Below, in pieces: positions 12,782 through 25,289 of a DNA stretch of 64,000 bases (positions are counted from its first letter, which is position 1; each line of letters opens with the position of its first letter). This DNA comes from Squalus acanthias. Lineage: Eukaryota. A program made the translations under genes and the position numbers. The notes below the pieces were generated by a model. The model searched no databases, was not told the DNA's origin, and worked only from the letters and a program-made list of their open reading frames with translations. The DNA lies in the NCBI GenBank assembly GCA_030390025.1, contig CM059433.1, positions 5,208,001 to 5,272,000 on the forward strand, read 5' to 3'.

Positions 12782-13484
12782 AGTCGCGGCCTACAATCAA
12801 CGCTGGACTGATCATCCATGGGTGATTGTATGTATGATTTCCTGTAACATTATTGGTGGACTGCTCAAATAGTGGTTGGGGTTTTGAATCTGTCTTTGGA
12901 ACAATAAAAGGTTAAAGACAGAACCCGTGTGTCTTGTGTAATTTCTCATAAGTCTCAAGCCCGAACTCCATACCCTGTTGGACGGGGCGAGGGGTAATTC
13001 CGCACGTCTTACAGGCGTGTGAACAATGTTCGCCGTTATTAACGTGCAAATCAGCCAGCAACGTGTGGTGAGGAAGAGATACCCCCGTGAATCGTTACAA
13101 GTTACTGGACGATTTACTGGACAAAAAAGGCACCTCGCCCTTAACCGCCCTGTGAGTTTCATGAAGTACCCATTACTTTCTCATTAAACTCGCCGCAGAA
13201 AGATAAGTCTAGTAATTAATAGCGTAAGTACCCTTTTCAATGACGTGATCATTGTTAATGACGGCCAATCAACTGCTTTGGCCCAGAAAGTGAACAATTG
13301 AAAGTGTGAAGTCTCATTCCTTCAGGTGGTGACTTGTTGTTGGAGATTTTAAAAATGAAGGGTGCAGGAACAAGTCTAACTAACAGGGTATGCCGTGAGA
13401 TGCCTGACTCCAACAAATTCTGGGTCATGTCCTGGAACTGTAGAACTTTCATTCAACAAGATCTGAACAAACATTTGAGAACTC

Positions 13485-13775
13485 TTAGGGAGTGCTGTTG
13501 GAGGTGCTGTCTTTCAGTTGGGATATTTAACCTGAGGCCCTCTCAGGTAGATGTAAAAGATGGGATAGCACTTTTCGAAGAGACGGAAATTCTTTGTGTC
13601 CTGGTCATCATTTATCCCTCAAACAACAGCTGTAAAAACAGGCTATCTGGTCATTATCACCTTGCTGTTTGTGGAGCTTGCTGTGTGCAAATTGTCTGTT
13701 GTGTTTCCCTACCTTACAACAGTGACCACAATTCAAAAATATTTCATTGGCTGTGAAGTGTTTTGGGATGTCCTG
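13485..13775 (+). mobile_element. Degenerate Deu-domain SINE
   Basis: Similar to 39830-40318 (TATCTGGTCATTATCAC...GGAGCTTGCTGTGTGCAAATTG...CATTGGCTGTGAAG). Confidence 0.75.
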
Positions 13776-14084
13776 CAGTCACAAACCAGTTTTGAGTTCA
13801 GCTCTCATTTGAATGCTGCCATCGCACTACAGATGCCAAACGGGTGCAGCTCGTCGGGGGTGGGAGGGCGGGAACTCGGCCAGCCCCCAGGCTGAGATGA
13901 CTGGCAGATCAGGCCTGGGAGTGGTAGCGAGCATGGCCATGGGCTGGCAGTAAGCTTCAGTATTTTTGGAGAGCTAGGAGGCTCCTCCTGGCCCCATAAC
14001 AATTCTCCTTAAAATATTTCTGGTTCTTTTCTTGAGGGCCATCCCTTTGAGAACCGTTGGTTAGGCCGCTCACTGCCTGGTATA

Positions 14085-14195
14085 ACAACAGCCAACAGCT
14101 TGCATTTATATAGCGCCTTTAATGTAGTAAACTTCCCAAGGTGCTTCACAGGAAAGTTATCAGACAAAAAATTCACACCGAGCCATCTAAGGAGA
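14085..14195 (-). mobile_element. L2 LINE 3' terminus
   Basis: AACAGCTTGCATTTATATAGCGCCTTTAATGTAGTAAA..CCCAAGGTGCTTCACAGG; same terminus as 36918-37095. Confidence 0.65.
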
Positions 14196-15205
14196 TCAGT
14201 GCTGGGGCCTCAACTATTTACAATCTATATTAATGACTTGGATGAAAGGACCGAGTGTAATGTAGCCAAATTTGCAGATGATACAAAGATAGGTGGGAAA
14301 GCAAATTGTGTGGAGGATGCAAAGAATCTCCAAAGAGATATAGACAGGCGAAGTGAGTGGGAAAAAAATCTGGCAGATGGAGTTTAATGTGGGAAAATGC
14401 GAGGTTATCCACTTTGGTAGGAAAAATAAAAAAGCAAATTATTATTTAAATGGGGAGGGATTACAAAATGCTGAGGTACAGAGGGATCTGGGGGCCCTTG
14501 TACATGAATCGCAAAAAGTTAGCATGCAGGTACAGCAAGTAATTAGGAAGGCAAATGGTGTGTTGGCCTTTATTGCAAAGGGAATGGAGTATAAAAGTAG
14601 AGAAGTCCTGTTACAACTGTTGCTGAGACCACACCTGGAGTACTGCGTACAGTTTTGGTCTCCTTACTTAAGGAAGGATATACTTGCATTGGAGGCAGTT
14701 CAGAGAAGGTTCACGAGGTTGATTCCGGAGATGAAGGGGTTATCTTATGAAGAAAGGTTGAGCAGGTTGGGCCTATACTCATTGGAGTTTAGAAGAATGA
14801 GAGGGATCTTATTGAAACATATAAGATTCTGAGGGGGCTTGACAGGGTAGATGCAGAGAGGATGTTTCCCCTCGTGGGGGAATCTAGAAATAGGGGGCAT
14901 AATTTCAGAATAAGGGGGCACCCTTTAAATCGGAAATGAGGAGGAATTTCTTCTCTCAGAGGGTCGTGAATCTTTGGAATTCTCTTCCCCAGAGAGTTGT
15001 GGAGGCTGGGTCATTGAATATATTCAAGGTGGAGATAGACAGATTTTTGAACGATAAGGGAGTGAGGGGTTATGGGGAGCGGGCAGGGAAGTGGAGTTGA
15101 GGCCAAGATCAGATCACCCATGATCTTATTGAATGGTGGAGCAGGCTCGAGGGGCTGAATGGCCGACTCCTGCTCCGACGTCTTTAGTCTTATGTCTTAT
15201 GTCTA
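14196..15205 (+). mobile_element. CR1 LINE 3' portion (frameshifted)
   Basis: [16 protein letters not shown]...FADDTK, then WQMEFNVGKC...RPHLEYCVQFWSP; CR1 3' UTR and (TCTTATG)n tail. Confidence 0.95.
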
Positions 15206-15214
15206 TATTAGCAC

Positions 15215-15364
15215 CAACATTCCCTCTAAGCTGCCGTGCAGCCGCGCAGCACTCTGTCGGTCCCGCGGAGACTGGGCCCAGCTTTTCCCATGTTAAAAAC
15301 TGTGAATGGGCCACGCAGCCCCTTAAAGGGGCCATGCACCGCCCAAAAAATTAGGGGAACATTG
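15215..15364. mobile_element. hAT-type MITE
   Basis: Imperfect TIRs CAACATTCCCTCTAA / TTAGGGGAACATTG; 8-bp TSD ATTAGCAC/ATTAGGAC. Confidence 0.7.
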
Positions 15365-15824
15365 ATTAGGACAGGTGCACGCTCTGCCCATTTGTAACTG
15401 AAACTTCCAACTGGTGTGGGACCACGATTTGTATATTTAATGTGCCTCCTGAGGCAGTTATGCTGCTCGCCCATTTACAGGCCCACCTGAAAGTTGCATT
15501 AGATGTGCCTCGGGCATCAATGTGGTGGCTGAGGTGACCCCTCCCCAATGTTTGACTGCATGCCACCTATTGTTCAGGCGAGGAACAGGCAGCCAGCAGC
15601 TGAAAATCACCCTCCCCCCACCCCCGCCCAGCCAGCATGCTGAATGATTTTTCTTTGGCCCGCAGGAGCACTCCTGCCGCTCCAGGACCCTGGAAGATCT
15701 TAAAAATATACCTTTTTGGATTGGCCTCCAGCTGTCCCTTTATGGATCGCCAGTTAGGCCTCTCAGAAGCCTCGCGAAATGGGACTTCCATGTGCCTTCC
15801 ATCCTCCTCCCATTTCTCTTTGAA

Positions 15825-16770
15825 AGAGGCCAATCATCTCAGCCCCAGGACATCGCTGCAGGAGTTCCTCAGGGCAGTGTCCTAGGCCCAACCATCTTCA
15901 GCTGCTTCATCAATGACCTTCCCTCCATCGTAAGGTCAGAACTGGGGATGTTCGCTAATGATTGCACAGTGTTCAGTTCCTCAACGACATTTAGGCTTGG
16001 GCTGATAAGTATCAAGTAACATTCATGTCACACAAGTGCCAGGCAATGACCATCTCCAACAAGAGAGAGCCTAACCACCTCCCCTTGACATTCAATGGCA
16101 TTATCATCATCAAATCCCCCACCATCACCATCTTGCAGGGTCACCGTTGACCAGAAACTTAACTGGACCAGCCACATAAATGCTGTGGCTACAAGAGCAG
16201 GTCAGAGGCTGGGTATTCTGCGGTGAGTGTCTCACCTCCTGACTCCCCAAAGCCTTTCCACCATCTACAAGGCACAAGTAAGGAGTGTAATGGAATACTC
16301 TCCACTTGCCTGGATGAGTGCAGCTCCAACAACACTCAAGAAGCTCAACACCATCCAGGACAAAGCAGCCCGCTTGATTGGCACTCCATCTACCACCTTA
16401 AACATTCACTCCCTCCACCACCGGCGTACCGTGGCTGCAGTGTGTACCATCTACAAGATGCACTGCGACAACTCGCCAAGGCTTCTTCGGCAGCACCTCC
16501 CGAACCTCTACCACCTAGAACGACAAGGGGAGCAGGTGAATGGGAACACCACCACCTCCAAGTTCCCCTCCAAGTTACACTTGGGTCAAAATCCTGGAAC
16601 TCCCTCCCTAACAGCACTGTGGGAGTACCTTCACCACACGGACTGCAGCGGTTCAAGAAGGCGGCTCACCACCACCTTCTCAAGGGCAATTAGGGATGGG
16701 CAATAAATGCTGGCCTTGCCAGCGACGCCCACATCCCAGGAATGAATAAATTTAAAAAAGAAAAAAAAGG
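15825..16770 (+). mobile_element. LINE family B 3' portion
   Basis: [22 protein letters not shown]...; EYSPLAWMSAAP; family-B 3' end and A-rich tail. Confidence 0.92.
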
Positions 16771-17630
16771 GGTCCTATGACGGGCATCGGACCATTAATT
16801 ACATAACAAAATAACATCCCGCCTGTTTCGGGTGGCAGTGCCGGCCGCCCATTTAATGGACGCACCAGATCAGCACCAGATTTTCAAATGCCGGCCGCCG
16901 GTTTTTCTGGTGAGAAATGGTTAGCCAGCAGTTGAAAGTCTCCCCAAATATCTTTAAAGCATGGTACCCAATGGCTGAGTAAGAATATGCTAAGATATGC
17001 ATAAATATCCAAACTATAACGTTCAATTGAGGCCTTTGGAGTTCAACTAAGCATTTGATTCAAACCGTAAATATTCATACCAGTCATGCATCTCTTTTCA
17101 GATATACAAGAATCTTTGTTTTGGTTGAAAAAAACACCTGCTTTGCTGGTGAAGGACATTGTCATGCTGAGCTAAATTTGATCATGTTTGTGTCATGGGC
17201 AATATGTAATTTTGTCACGTTTTGTGATGAAAATGTATCTTGCAAAAACAAATGTCCCTGCCATTGGCTGCAGTGCAGTTATTTCCCAGTATGTGAGGGG
17301 GAAATGCCGAGACTGACTTTATCTTCCCAAAGCAAACCCATGAATGTACCGGTGGCCCGCCCACTGCGTTCACCGTGCAATACCACTCTCCATTCCTCTG
17401 TGGAAAATCATTGGCACTTATCGAATAAATTGTCTTTAGTTTGTTTTAAACTGGAAGGGCCATGTGTCCAAAATGGCTCTTTGCTTTGTGCAAAAAAAAT
17501 TGTAATTTCTCACTGCAAAGAGAATGTCTCCATTCAAAGCAATTATATTCCCAAACTGTTCTGGGAATTCAGGCATGTCAAAGCAAAAGCATGCTGGGAA
17601 GCTCTTTTAAGTTGAGTTTTAAGAATATCT

Positions 17631-18378
17631 GGGGGCTAAATTCGATTGTTTTGCACCTCCCGTTAGTGCCCTAAGGGGGCGCTAACGGGGCACAAATCAA
17701 CTAGCGCCTGGGCGCGACGCCACTTACGCCTCCCGCGTAATTCAGTGGGAGGCTAGCGGCGGCGCTAACCGTTAGCGCCGCATGGCGCTGCACCGCCGCC
17801 GATGATGTCATCACCGTGCGCAGCGCCCCGCTTGTGCCCCGGCTGTAATATTGGGTGGTGACCCCCGACTTACCGCCGGACGCTACGTCCGCCGGGGTCA
17901 GGGAGGTCTAACTGCGGCCGGGGCGGTGCTAGTTAAAGGGGAGGTGGCGGGTGGCCATTTTTGTTGCTGGCTGCCTGCCAGCACCTGCCCCCGTTGCTGT
18001 CCCCGGCCCGCGTGAAGCCCCCCCCGCGGGGTGCCGGCTGCTCTCCGTGAGCCCGGCACTCCTCCTGAGTGCCGGGCTCGTTTGCCGGCACTCCCGATCC
18101 CTGGTGGCCCAGCTGGGCGCCGGGACGCACTGCGCCAGGCCCCTCCCCTTTAAGAAGGGGAGGAAGGCCTGCAGTACCGCGGCGCGACGTGCCACAGCAT
18201 GTGGTGCTGCGGCATGTTGCGCCGTGATATTGGCTCGCAGCGCCCCAAGAGGGACGCAGGGCACTTCCAGTAGCGCCCCTCCTCCCTCTCGGGGCGCTAC
18301 CTGGGAAAATCGGCCACGGGGGCGCTAACTTTTTCGAGGCGCTAAAATTAGCGCCCCGGCCTACCCAATTTTTACCCC
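17631..18378. mobile_element. GC-rich MITE family M1 (Harbinger-type), copy 1
   Basis: Imperfect TIRs GGGGGCTAAATT / AATTTTTACCCC; 3-bp TSD TCT; homologous to 47032-47660 (reverse) and 63404-64000. Confidence 0.85.
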
Positions 18379-18854
18379 TCTGTCTTTCATGAAAAGGAAG
18401 GTTTTGTGCTTTGAAATAATGCAGAACAATCCTCAAAGCACCATAACGTTGCCTTTGGGACTCTACTGCACATGGAGTTCACAATGCAGGCTGAATGAAC
18501 ACGGAATATGAGCGGTTAATGCACACTCAGTAATGTGTTCATTGAACATAAAGTCAAGGACTTGCACCTAATATCCCATTTATACACAGGCAATATTTAT
18601 GCAAAATTGGTACAAAAGAACTTTCAAGCCAAGTTTTCAGGGTCAGCTGTAGTGGGCTAGAAATTCCACAGTGTCGTACTGCAGGCGCGAACCGGATGCC
18701 GTGAACAGTCCCTGCGCTGGAACAGGTAGGTCAGAAATTGGGCCGGCGCGCTACGGGCGCCTGCTGCGCGTCCCCAGGCAGCTCGCCAGTGAAGCGGACA
18801 TCGATGGCAGGCCACCGCGACACCGGCAGAGGTCCCCAGATAAGTTGCGGGAGG

Positions 18855-19545
18855 GGGGTTGGAGCGGGGATGGGAGGGGGTGGGAGCAGGCGATGGGAGG
18901 GGGATGGGAGAGGGATGGGAGGGGGGGTTGGAGCGGGCAATGGGAGGGGGATGGGAGAGGGATGGGAGGGGGGTTGGAGGAGGGTTGGAGCAGGCGATGG
19001 GAGGGGGATGGGAGGGGATGAGAGGGGGATTGGAGTGGGTGATGGGAGGGGGATGGGAGGAGAGTGGGAGCGTGCAATGAGAGGGGGATGGGAGCGGGCG
19101 ATGGGAGGGGGATGGGAGGGGGGTTGGAGCGGGCGAAGGGAGGGCGATGGGAGGGGGATGGGAGGGGGGTTGGAGTGGGTGATGGGAGGGTGATGGGAGG
19201 GGGGTTGGAGCGGGCGAAGGGAGGGCGATGGGAGGGGGATGGGAGGGGGGTTGGAGTGGGTGATGGGAGGGTGATGGGAGGGGGTTGGGAGGGGATGAGA
19301 GGGGGGTTGGAGTGGGCGATGGGAGGGGGATGGAGGGAGATGGGAGGGGGATGGGAGAGGGGTTGGAGTGGGCGATGGGTGGGGGATGGGAGGGGGGTGG
19401 GAGCGTGCGATGAGAGGGGGATGAGAGGGGGATGGGAGGGGGGTTGGAGGGGGTTGGGAGGGGATTGGAGGGGGGTTGGAGAGGGCGATGGGATGGGGAT
19501 GGAAGGGGGTGGGAGGGGGGTGGGAGCGGGCGATGGGAGGGGGAT
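18855..19545. repeat. G/A-rich degenerate minisatellite (GATGGGAGGGG-like) inside a MITE-like element starting GGGCTAGAAATT (~18654)
   Basis: Visible low-complexity tandem units. Confidence 0.85.
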
Positions 19546-19861
19546 AGGCGGGGAATTACGACACCTGTGCTGTCCGGGGAGCACTCCTGTTCCTCCCGGC
19601 TCCTCAGAAGCCTGTCCCGCTCATCACTGACTAATTTTGAAATGGGGTCCTTTGACGGGTGATAGGCCCATAATTTACATATTCCAGGCGCCTAATGCAG
19701 GCTTTAGGTGTCTGGCTATGACTTTAATTTGCCAGTTTAGCAGATTGGGCACAGGCCGTCCCACGACTAAATTAATATGCATTGCGCCCATTTTACACCC
19801 GAAAAATGGACGCACCGCAGGCCAATTTATTTGTATTGTGCTGATTCCTACCTTAGTCATG

Positions 19862-20737
19862 GTTTATGATTTGGACAGATTGGGTGATTGGGCAGATGCA
19901 TAGCAGATGCAGTATAATGTGGATAAATGCGAGGTTATCCACTTTGGTGGCAAAAACAGGAAGACAGATTATTATCTGAACGGCAATAGATTGGGAAAAG
20001 GGGGAGTGCAACGAGACCTGGGAGTCCTTGTGCACCAGTCGCTGAAGGTAAGCATGCAGGTGCAGCAGGTGGTTAAGAAGGCAAATGGTATGTTGGCCTT
20101 CATAGCGAGAGGATTCGAGTACAGGAGCAAGGATGTCTTGCTGCAGTTGTACAAGGCCTTGGTGAGACCACACCTTGAGTATTGTGTGAAGTTTTGGTCG
20201 CCTTATCTGAGGAAGGATGTTCTTGCCATGGAGGGAGTGCAGCGAAGATTCACCAGACTGATACCTGGGATGGCAGGAATGACTTATGAAGAGAGATTGG
20301 GTCGATTAGGCTTATATTTGCTAGAGTTTAGAAGAATGAGAGGGGATCTCATTGAAACTTATAAAATTCTAACCGGACTAGACAGACTAGATGCAGGAAG
20401 GATGTTCCCGATGGTGGGGGAGTCCAGAACCAGAGGTCACAGTCTAAGGATAAGGGGTAAGCCATTTAGGACTGAGATGAGGAGGAATTTCTTCACCCAG
20501 AGAGTGGTGAACTTGTGGAATTCTCTACCACAGAAGGCAGTTGAGGCCAGTTCATTAAATATATTCAAGAAGGAGAGAGATATATTTCTTAAGGCTAAAG
20601 GGACCGAGGGATATGGGGAGAAAGCAGGGACAGGGTACTGAATCTGGATGATCAGCCATGATCGCATTGAATGGCGGAGCAGGCTCGAGGGGCCGAATGG
20701 CCTACTCCTGCTCCTATCTTCTATGTTTCTATGTTTA
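19862..20737 (+). mobile_element. CR1 LINE 3' portion (family A)
   Basis: Open ORF 19907..20641 (244 aa CR1 ORF2 C-terminus), 3' hairpin and (TTCTATGT)n tail; close to copies at 413-950 and 38033-39244. Confidence 0.96.
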
Positions 20738-21659
20738 TTCGGATGACTTTATCGTGGCCTGAGCTTAATGACCTTTTTTAGCTGGTGTAATAAGTGAAAA
20801 TGTGCAGTCCATTATCCAACTTGGTTTTTCTTTTACATCTTTTAAAAACCTTGCATAAAAACATTCAGAGTCCTGAAGCAGATTGATGAATTATTAAGGC
20901 ATCAACACATACTGGAAAGTAAATTAACTCGGTACGTACCTCACTGTGTCTTTAAAGTTTTGCAAAAACAATGATCAAATACAATTTTCTCTTTTGATCT
21001 CTTTCCCATTGCTGAACAACCTCAGGCGTTTACTAAAATCCAGCTCCTTGATAAGAGTGGAATGACATCACTGCACATTTGTGTAAGATTAAAAATGTAT
21101 TAAAACATCTGTTGAATGGTCTTAGCTAAAGTTTGCTATGCAATTTCTGGGTAATATGCTGTTGTCTTTATTTCCTATTTCTGATCTTCTCGAAGTCCCA
21201 CTTACTGCATTGAGACAAATAGCCCGAGAGTGTAAGACAGTAAAAGTACTTGGTTCACAATCCAATGATTGTCGGTTCAAGTCCTAAGGCTGTCTAATCG
21301 TTGAAGCTGCCCTATTGTGATGAGTATGCTAGATTTCGGTTGTGCTTTTAGATGGAGTACTTTGGGGGAACTAAAAAGTCTTTTACATCATAGGCTGGAA
21401 AACAGACATAGTCCCAAGCTGGGCATATCTGCTATTAGCTAATCATAGCGCAGTACAGGCAAGAGCTCTGAAGACGCACATGGCTTGTACTCAGCGTCAG
21501 ATGAAGAGTATTGGCCGTGTGGAAAACCGTGCGACCGTGTCAGGTAAATGGATAGGGCAGCAGGTTGGACCAGAGTACTTGGTTTGAGCCTAGCTCGACT
21601 GATGAGATGAGGGCTCGCATTCTGATGGGTAATTGGGTAGTGCAAACGATTCGAATAAA

Positions 21660-21835
21660 AGATAAAAGAAAGGAAAGTCTTGCATTTCTATAGCGCCTTT
21701 CATGACCACCGGACGTCTCAAAGCGCTTTACAGCCAATGAAGTACTTTTTGGAGTGTGGTCACTGTTGTAATGTGGGAAACGCGGCAGCCAATTTGCGCA
21801 CAGCAAGCTCCCACAAACAGCAATGTGATAACGAC
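21660..21835 (-). mobile_element. Deu-domain SINE 3' fragment
   Basis: TTGCATTTCTATAGCGCCTTTCATGACCACCGGACGTCTCAAAGCGCTTTACAGCCAATG, near-identical to the 39830 copy. Confidence 0.85.
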
Positions 21836-21942
21836 ATGTGATAATATTACAGTATCACTGTTGAGATGTGGGTTTGGGTGGCAGATGGAATGAAAAGTTT
21901 TCACTTTGATGGGTAACTGGATGGCATTTACAGAAAAACATT

Positions 21943-23840
21943 GGGGGGAATTTTTCGGGGGGTCAGCGGGCGTGTTTGGTGGCGGGTCGGGTGGGAATTT
22001 TTTTTTGACAGCCGTTAGGGAACCCGCTGTCAACCCGCCGCCACGCTAGTCTCCCGGATGTCAGGACTGTCAGCGCTGAACAGACCCGACACCAAGCGGC
22101 CGGGGAGGCAATTTAGATGATTAAGAGCTTGTTAACAGGCACTTAAAAACTATTTTAAGCTCACCGTTAAATTTTAAGAGTTCGCCCACGGGTTCCCTGC
22201 TGCTAGGGGATCACGTCAGGTAAGCAGGTCGCGAGTTGAATCACCATGGGATAATTTCTTAACTTGACAGCTGCAAATGGTCTATTAAAGCTCCCATTTT
22301 ATAGCTGTTCACTTTCCACGGTCAGAAGCTGTTGCTTACTGCATTTGGAAGACAGATTGAGCTTTATGCAGGTTTCAAGTGTTTGGAGCAAACTCTGTAT
22401 CCAGCGTCACCTCATTGGAACAACCTCTCATGTGGTAGCCAGGGTGTACAGCCTCAAGTGAAGTAAATCTGGCCATGGTGAGGCCATCCCTGGCCTCCCA
22501 GCCAGCAACGTGCTCGAGTACTGATGCCCTCTGTCCTGTGCAGCATCAGATGATTGTGGAGAAGGTTGGTGTTGTTGTTAGTGGTTGACAGATTGCTTCT
22601 GTTATCTCAACTTCCCCTGCCATCTATTCCATCAGCATCGGTGCCCTTGAAACTATCTCACCTTGGTCCTCAGAATCCCACCACGATCAGCCCCAACACC
22701 AGCAGCACCAACAACAACACCAACGTTCTCCAGAATCAACTGATGCTGCACAGGACACAGGGCATCAGCACCCGACCACATTGCTGCCCGGGACGCCAGG
22801 GATGGCCTCACCATGGCCAGATTTACTTCACTTGACGCTGTACATCCTGGCTGCCACATGATGCGCCAGGTTGGCACCACCCCACATCAACACCATAAAG
22901 CATCCCTACAATGTCCAAGTCATTCCTTTCACATTTGCGGGTAGTACCATTATATCTTACCATTCACTGCAACTCACTAAGCCACTTCCAAAGGTGCACA
23001 CAAATCTGTCCAAGAACACAAAATGTTGAAAATAAAGATTTCAATGTTTGACAGCACATTAACAGAAACTTCTCATGAACATTGGCTAAAACACCCAAGT
23101 GCCTACCCTTGTGTGTTGTTAGTTGGTATGCTTGCAGTAGGATGAGGGTGAGTGTGAGGTGTGGTTAGTGAGATGGAGAAGTGATAATGTAGATAGAGAG
23201 GGATGGGTGGAGGTGCAAGATAAGTTGGTGTGAGTAAGGATGTACAGGAGTAGGGTAGGGAAGGCAGATTGACGGGGATGTGATGAGTGGCTCAGCAGGA
23301 TAAGGTTGAGTGTGGCTTTGCAGTAACGTTTCGTAATCTACTGAGATCATTGAAAGGTTTGCGCCACTGAAGCCTGGTCGTCCTGACGACATCCCTGCTT
23401 ATGTCCTCCTGTGCAATGTGCAACCAGGCTGCGTTAGTATCCTGGGGAGGTGTCTTCCATCCATGGGAAGGGAAGAGGACCTCCCTGCGTGCTGTGACTC
23501 ACTCCATAAGCATATGGAGGAAGTCATAGGAGAGCCTGGGTGCAGCCGTGCACCTCTGTTCAGTGCTTGTCAGTGTTTGCAGCACCTCAATGCTGTAGAA
23601 CACTGACAGCACAAATGTCAAAATCAATTTGCGCATGGTCCCTTTAAGGAAACTGGTTGATGACGCGTCATCAAGTGACGTCATCAGACCCGCTTCCTTC
23701 AATTGGCCGGGAAACGCGCTGGGCGGGCTTAGCAAGCCCAATCAGCGTAAGATCGCTTTGGACAGTGAGCTGGAGCCAGCAGCGGGGTCGCACCCTGCCA
23801 CTGATCCCGGCCCCGCCGAGGTTGGGGAGATCGCGGCCAA
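21943..23840. mobile_element. Harbinger-derived element containing a Myb/SANT-like gene remnant
   Basis: GC-rich TIR-like ends (GGGGGAATTTTTCG... / ...GAGATCGCGGCC) flanking a Myb/SANT exon remnant. Confidence 0.6.
23335..23565 (-). pseudogene. Harbinger Myb/SANT-like (trihelix, NAIF1-type) DNA-binding protein remnant
   Basis: Minus translation AAPRLSYDFLHMLME*VTARREVLFPSHG...AAWLHIAQED...RTTRLQWRKPFNDLSR fits the R.P.FS...LF...W..IA...Q.RK.FNDL pattern; contains a stop. Confidence 0.75.
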
Positions 23841-24177
23841 AGTCCTTTCAGTGCTGGGCCTTGCACTGGAGATAAGTGTAGATGGATGGATATCTTGACT
23901 GACGGACTATTAAGGGGCCAAAAAGTTAACTTGGATAGTCCTAGGGAGCTTCCCAGTGGAGACAGTGTCCCAGCTAAAAGCTGCCTTAAGAACTGACGAT
24001 TGGCGCAAAAACATTTACTGAAAGACTTTTTACAGTTACCTTTCTGCACAAGGTGTTTCTGCTGTTGTGTTTTGTTTTGTTCGATTAATTGGTCGTACAA
24101 TGGCTGTAACTTTAAATCTGACAGTAGCTGATATGTGGGCCACGTGACTGGTCAACTCAATCGGTTGTTCGGTAAAG

Positions 24178-24288
24178 AAAAAGAAAGACTTGCATTTCTA
24201 TAGCGCCTTTCACGGCCACCGGACGTCTCAAAGCGCTTTACAGCCAATGAAGTACTTTTGGAGTGGAGTCACTGTCGTAATGTGGGGG
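24178..24288 (-). mobile_element. Deu-domain SINE 3' fragment
   Basis: Same tail as the 39830 copy. Confidence 0.85.
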
Positions 24289-25289
24289 AAATCACTGGGC
24301 AACCACTCAACTATTTGGAGAAAAGTGACAAAACTTGGTCGATATTGCAGCACCAGAATGTGCTGATTTATCAAAAAGTACCGAGGCCTTTATTTACTTT
24401 GAAAATGCAATTTGTGCGTGATTTACTGCTTCTGCTAAAAGCACTGCTGCATTCACAGAGCAACTGCACTCTGTGATGCAGGTCAGGCAGAAATGTCCGT
24501 TCTTTTTGAAAACACAACAGTTTCACAAAGCTTTTAAAAGTGGTTTACTGACAGCCCTTAAGAATAAAGTAGATTGCCGCCCACCTGTTAATCTCATCTG
24601 TGATTAAGCAAAGTCTGATGTGAATAAAATTAATGACACTGCGGAGCTTTGTTCTGTTGATGTATTATATTCTGCGGCATTTCGAAAGGTCACGAATGGG
24701 CCAGTTGTGTTGAAAGGCTGCGGATGGGGCTTTTAACTTCGATATACTTGGCCCAGTTTTATCAGAAGTGATTCGAAACTTTTTTTTTTGTTGCGCATTT
24801 TAATCTCCATATTTTGTTAGAGTTGGCAATTTATTATGAATTGAGGATGTTGTTTTTAATTTTACTTTAAAAAGTAACACTGGTTCATTTCATTCGCATT
24901 ACTGCTTCATCGAGGCTAGTAGCCTCAGCGCACCCTCCGTTATCCCACAGTTTGCCATTTTCCCCCCATGGTACCTGCAATCTGACTGGAACGGTTGCAT
25001 ATTATCTGGCAAAAGATGCACCATATCTGAAAAAAAAAAGCTATATTGCATCTGGTAAAAGCAGCCCTGCATTTGGGAAAACTGCACTGCAACTGGAAAA
25101 GTTGCACTTTCAATGGGAAAAGCTATAATGCAACGAGAAACCAGAGTGCATAATCTAGGCTGACAATTCGGTGCAGTACTGAGGGAGTGCTGCAATGTTG
25201 GAGGTGTTGACTCTCAGATGGGACATTAAACAGGCCCCCTCAGCCCTCTCGGGTGGGATTTGAAAGATCCCATGACACTGTACAAAGAA

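Noticed and set aside
9402..12815. 1137-aa minus-strand ORF (LHLPTGA)n as a gene
   Set aside because: Arises from a stop-free 21-mer; unit variants are mostly non-synonymous in this frame; no independent support.
8351..13788. ~16-bp inverted match TGGTTGTGACTGCAGG / CCTGCAGTCACAAACCA as termini of a large element
   Set aside because: The right copy overlaps a degenerate SINE end and no TSD is visible; probably chance.
17055..17615. 186-aa ORF (also 53372..53740 and 7405..7764) as host exons
   Set aside because: No recognisable domain, non-ATG starts, no convincing splice context.
18738..19630. Gly-rich and Pro-rich ORFs (also at 57681-58361)
   Set aside because: Translations of G/C-rich minisatellites.
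21455..21548. Possible exon ending CAG/GTAAAT
   Set aside because: No pyrimidine-rich acceptor and no recognisable peptide in any frame.
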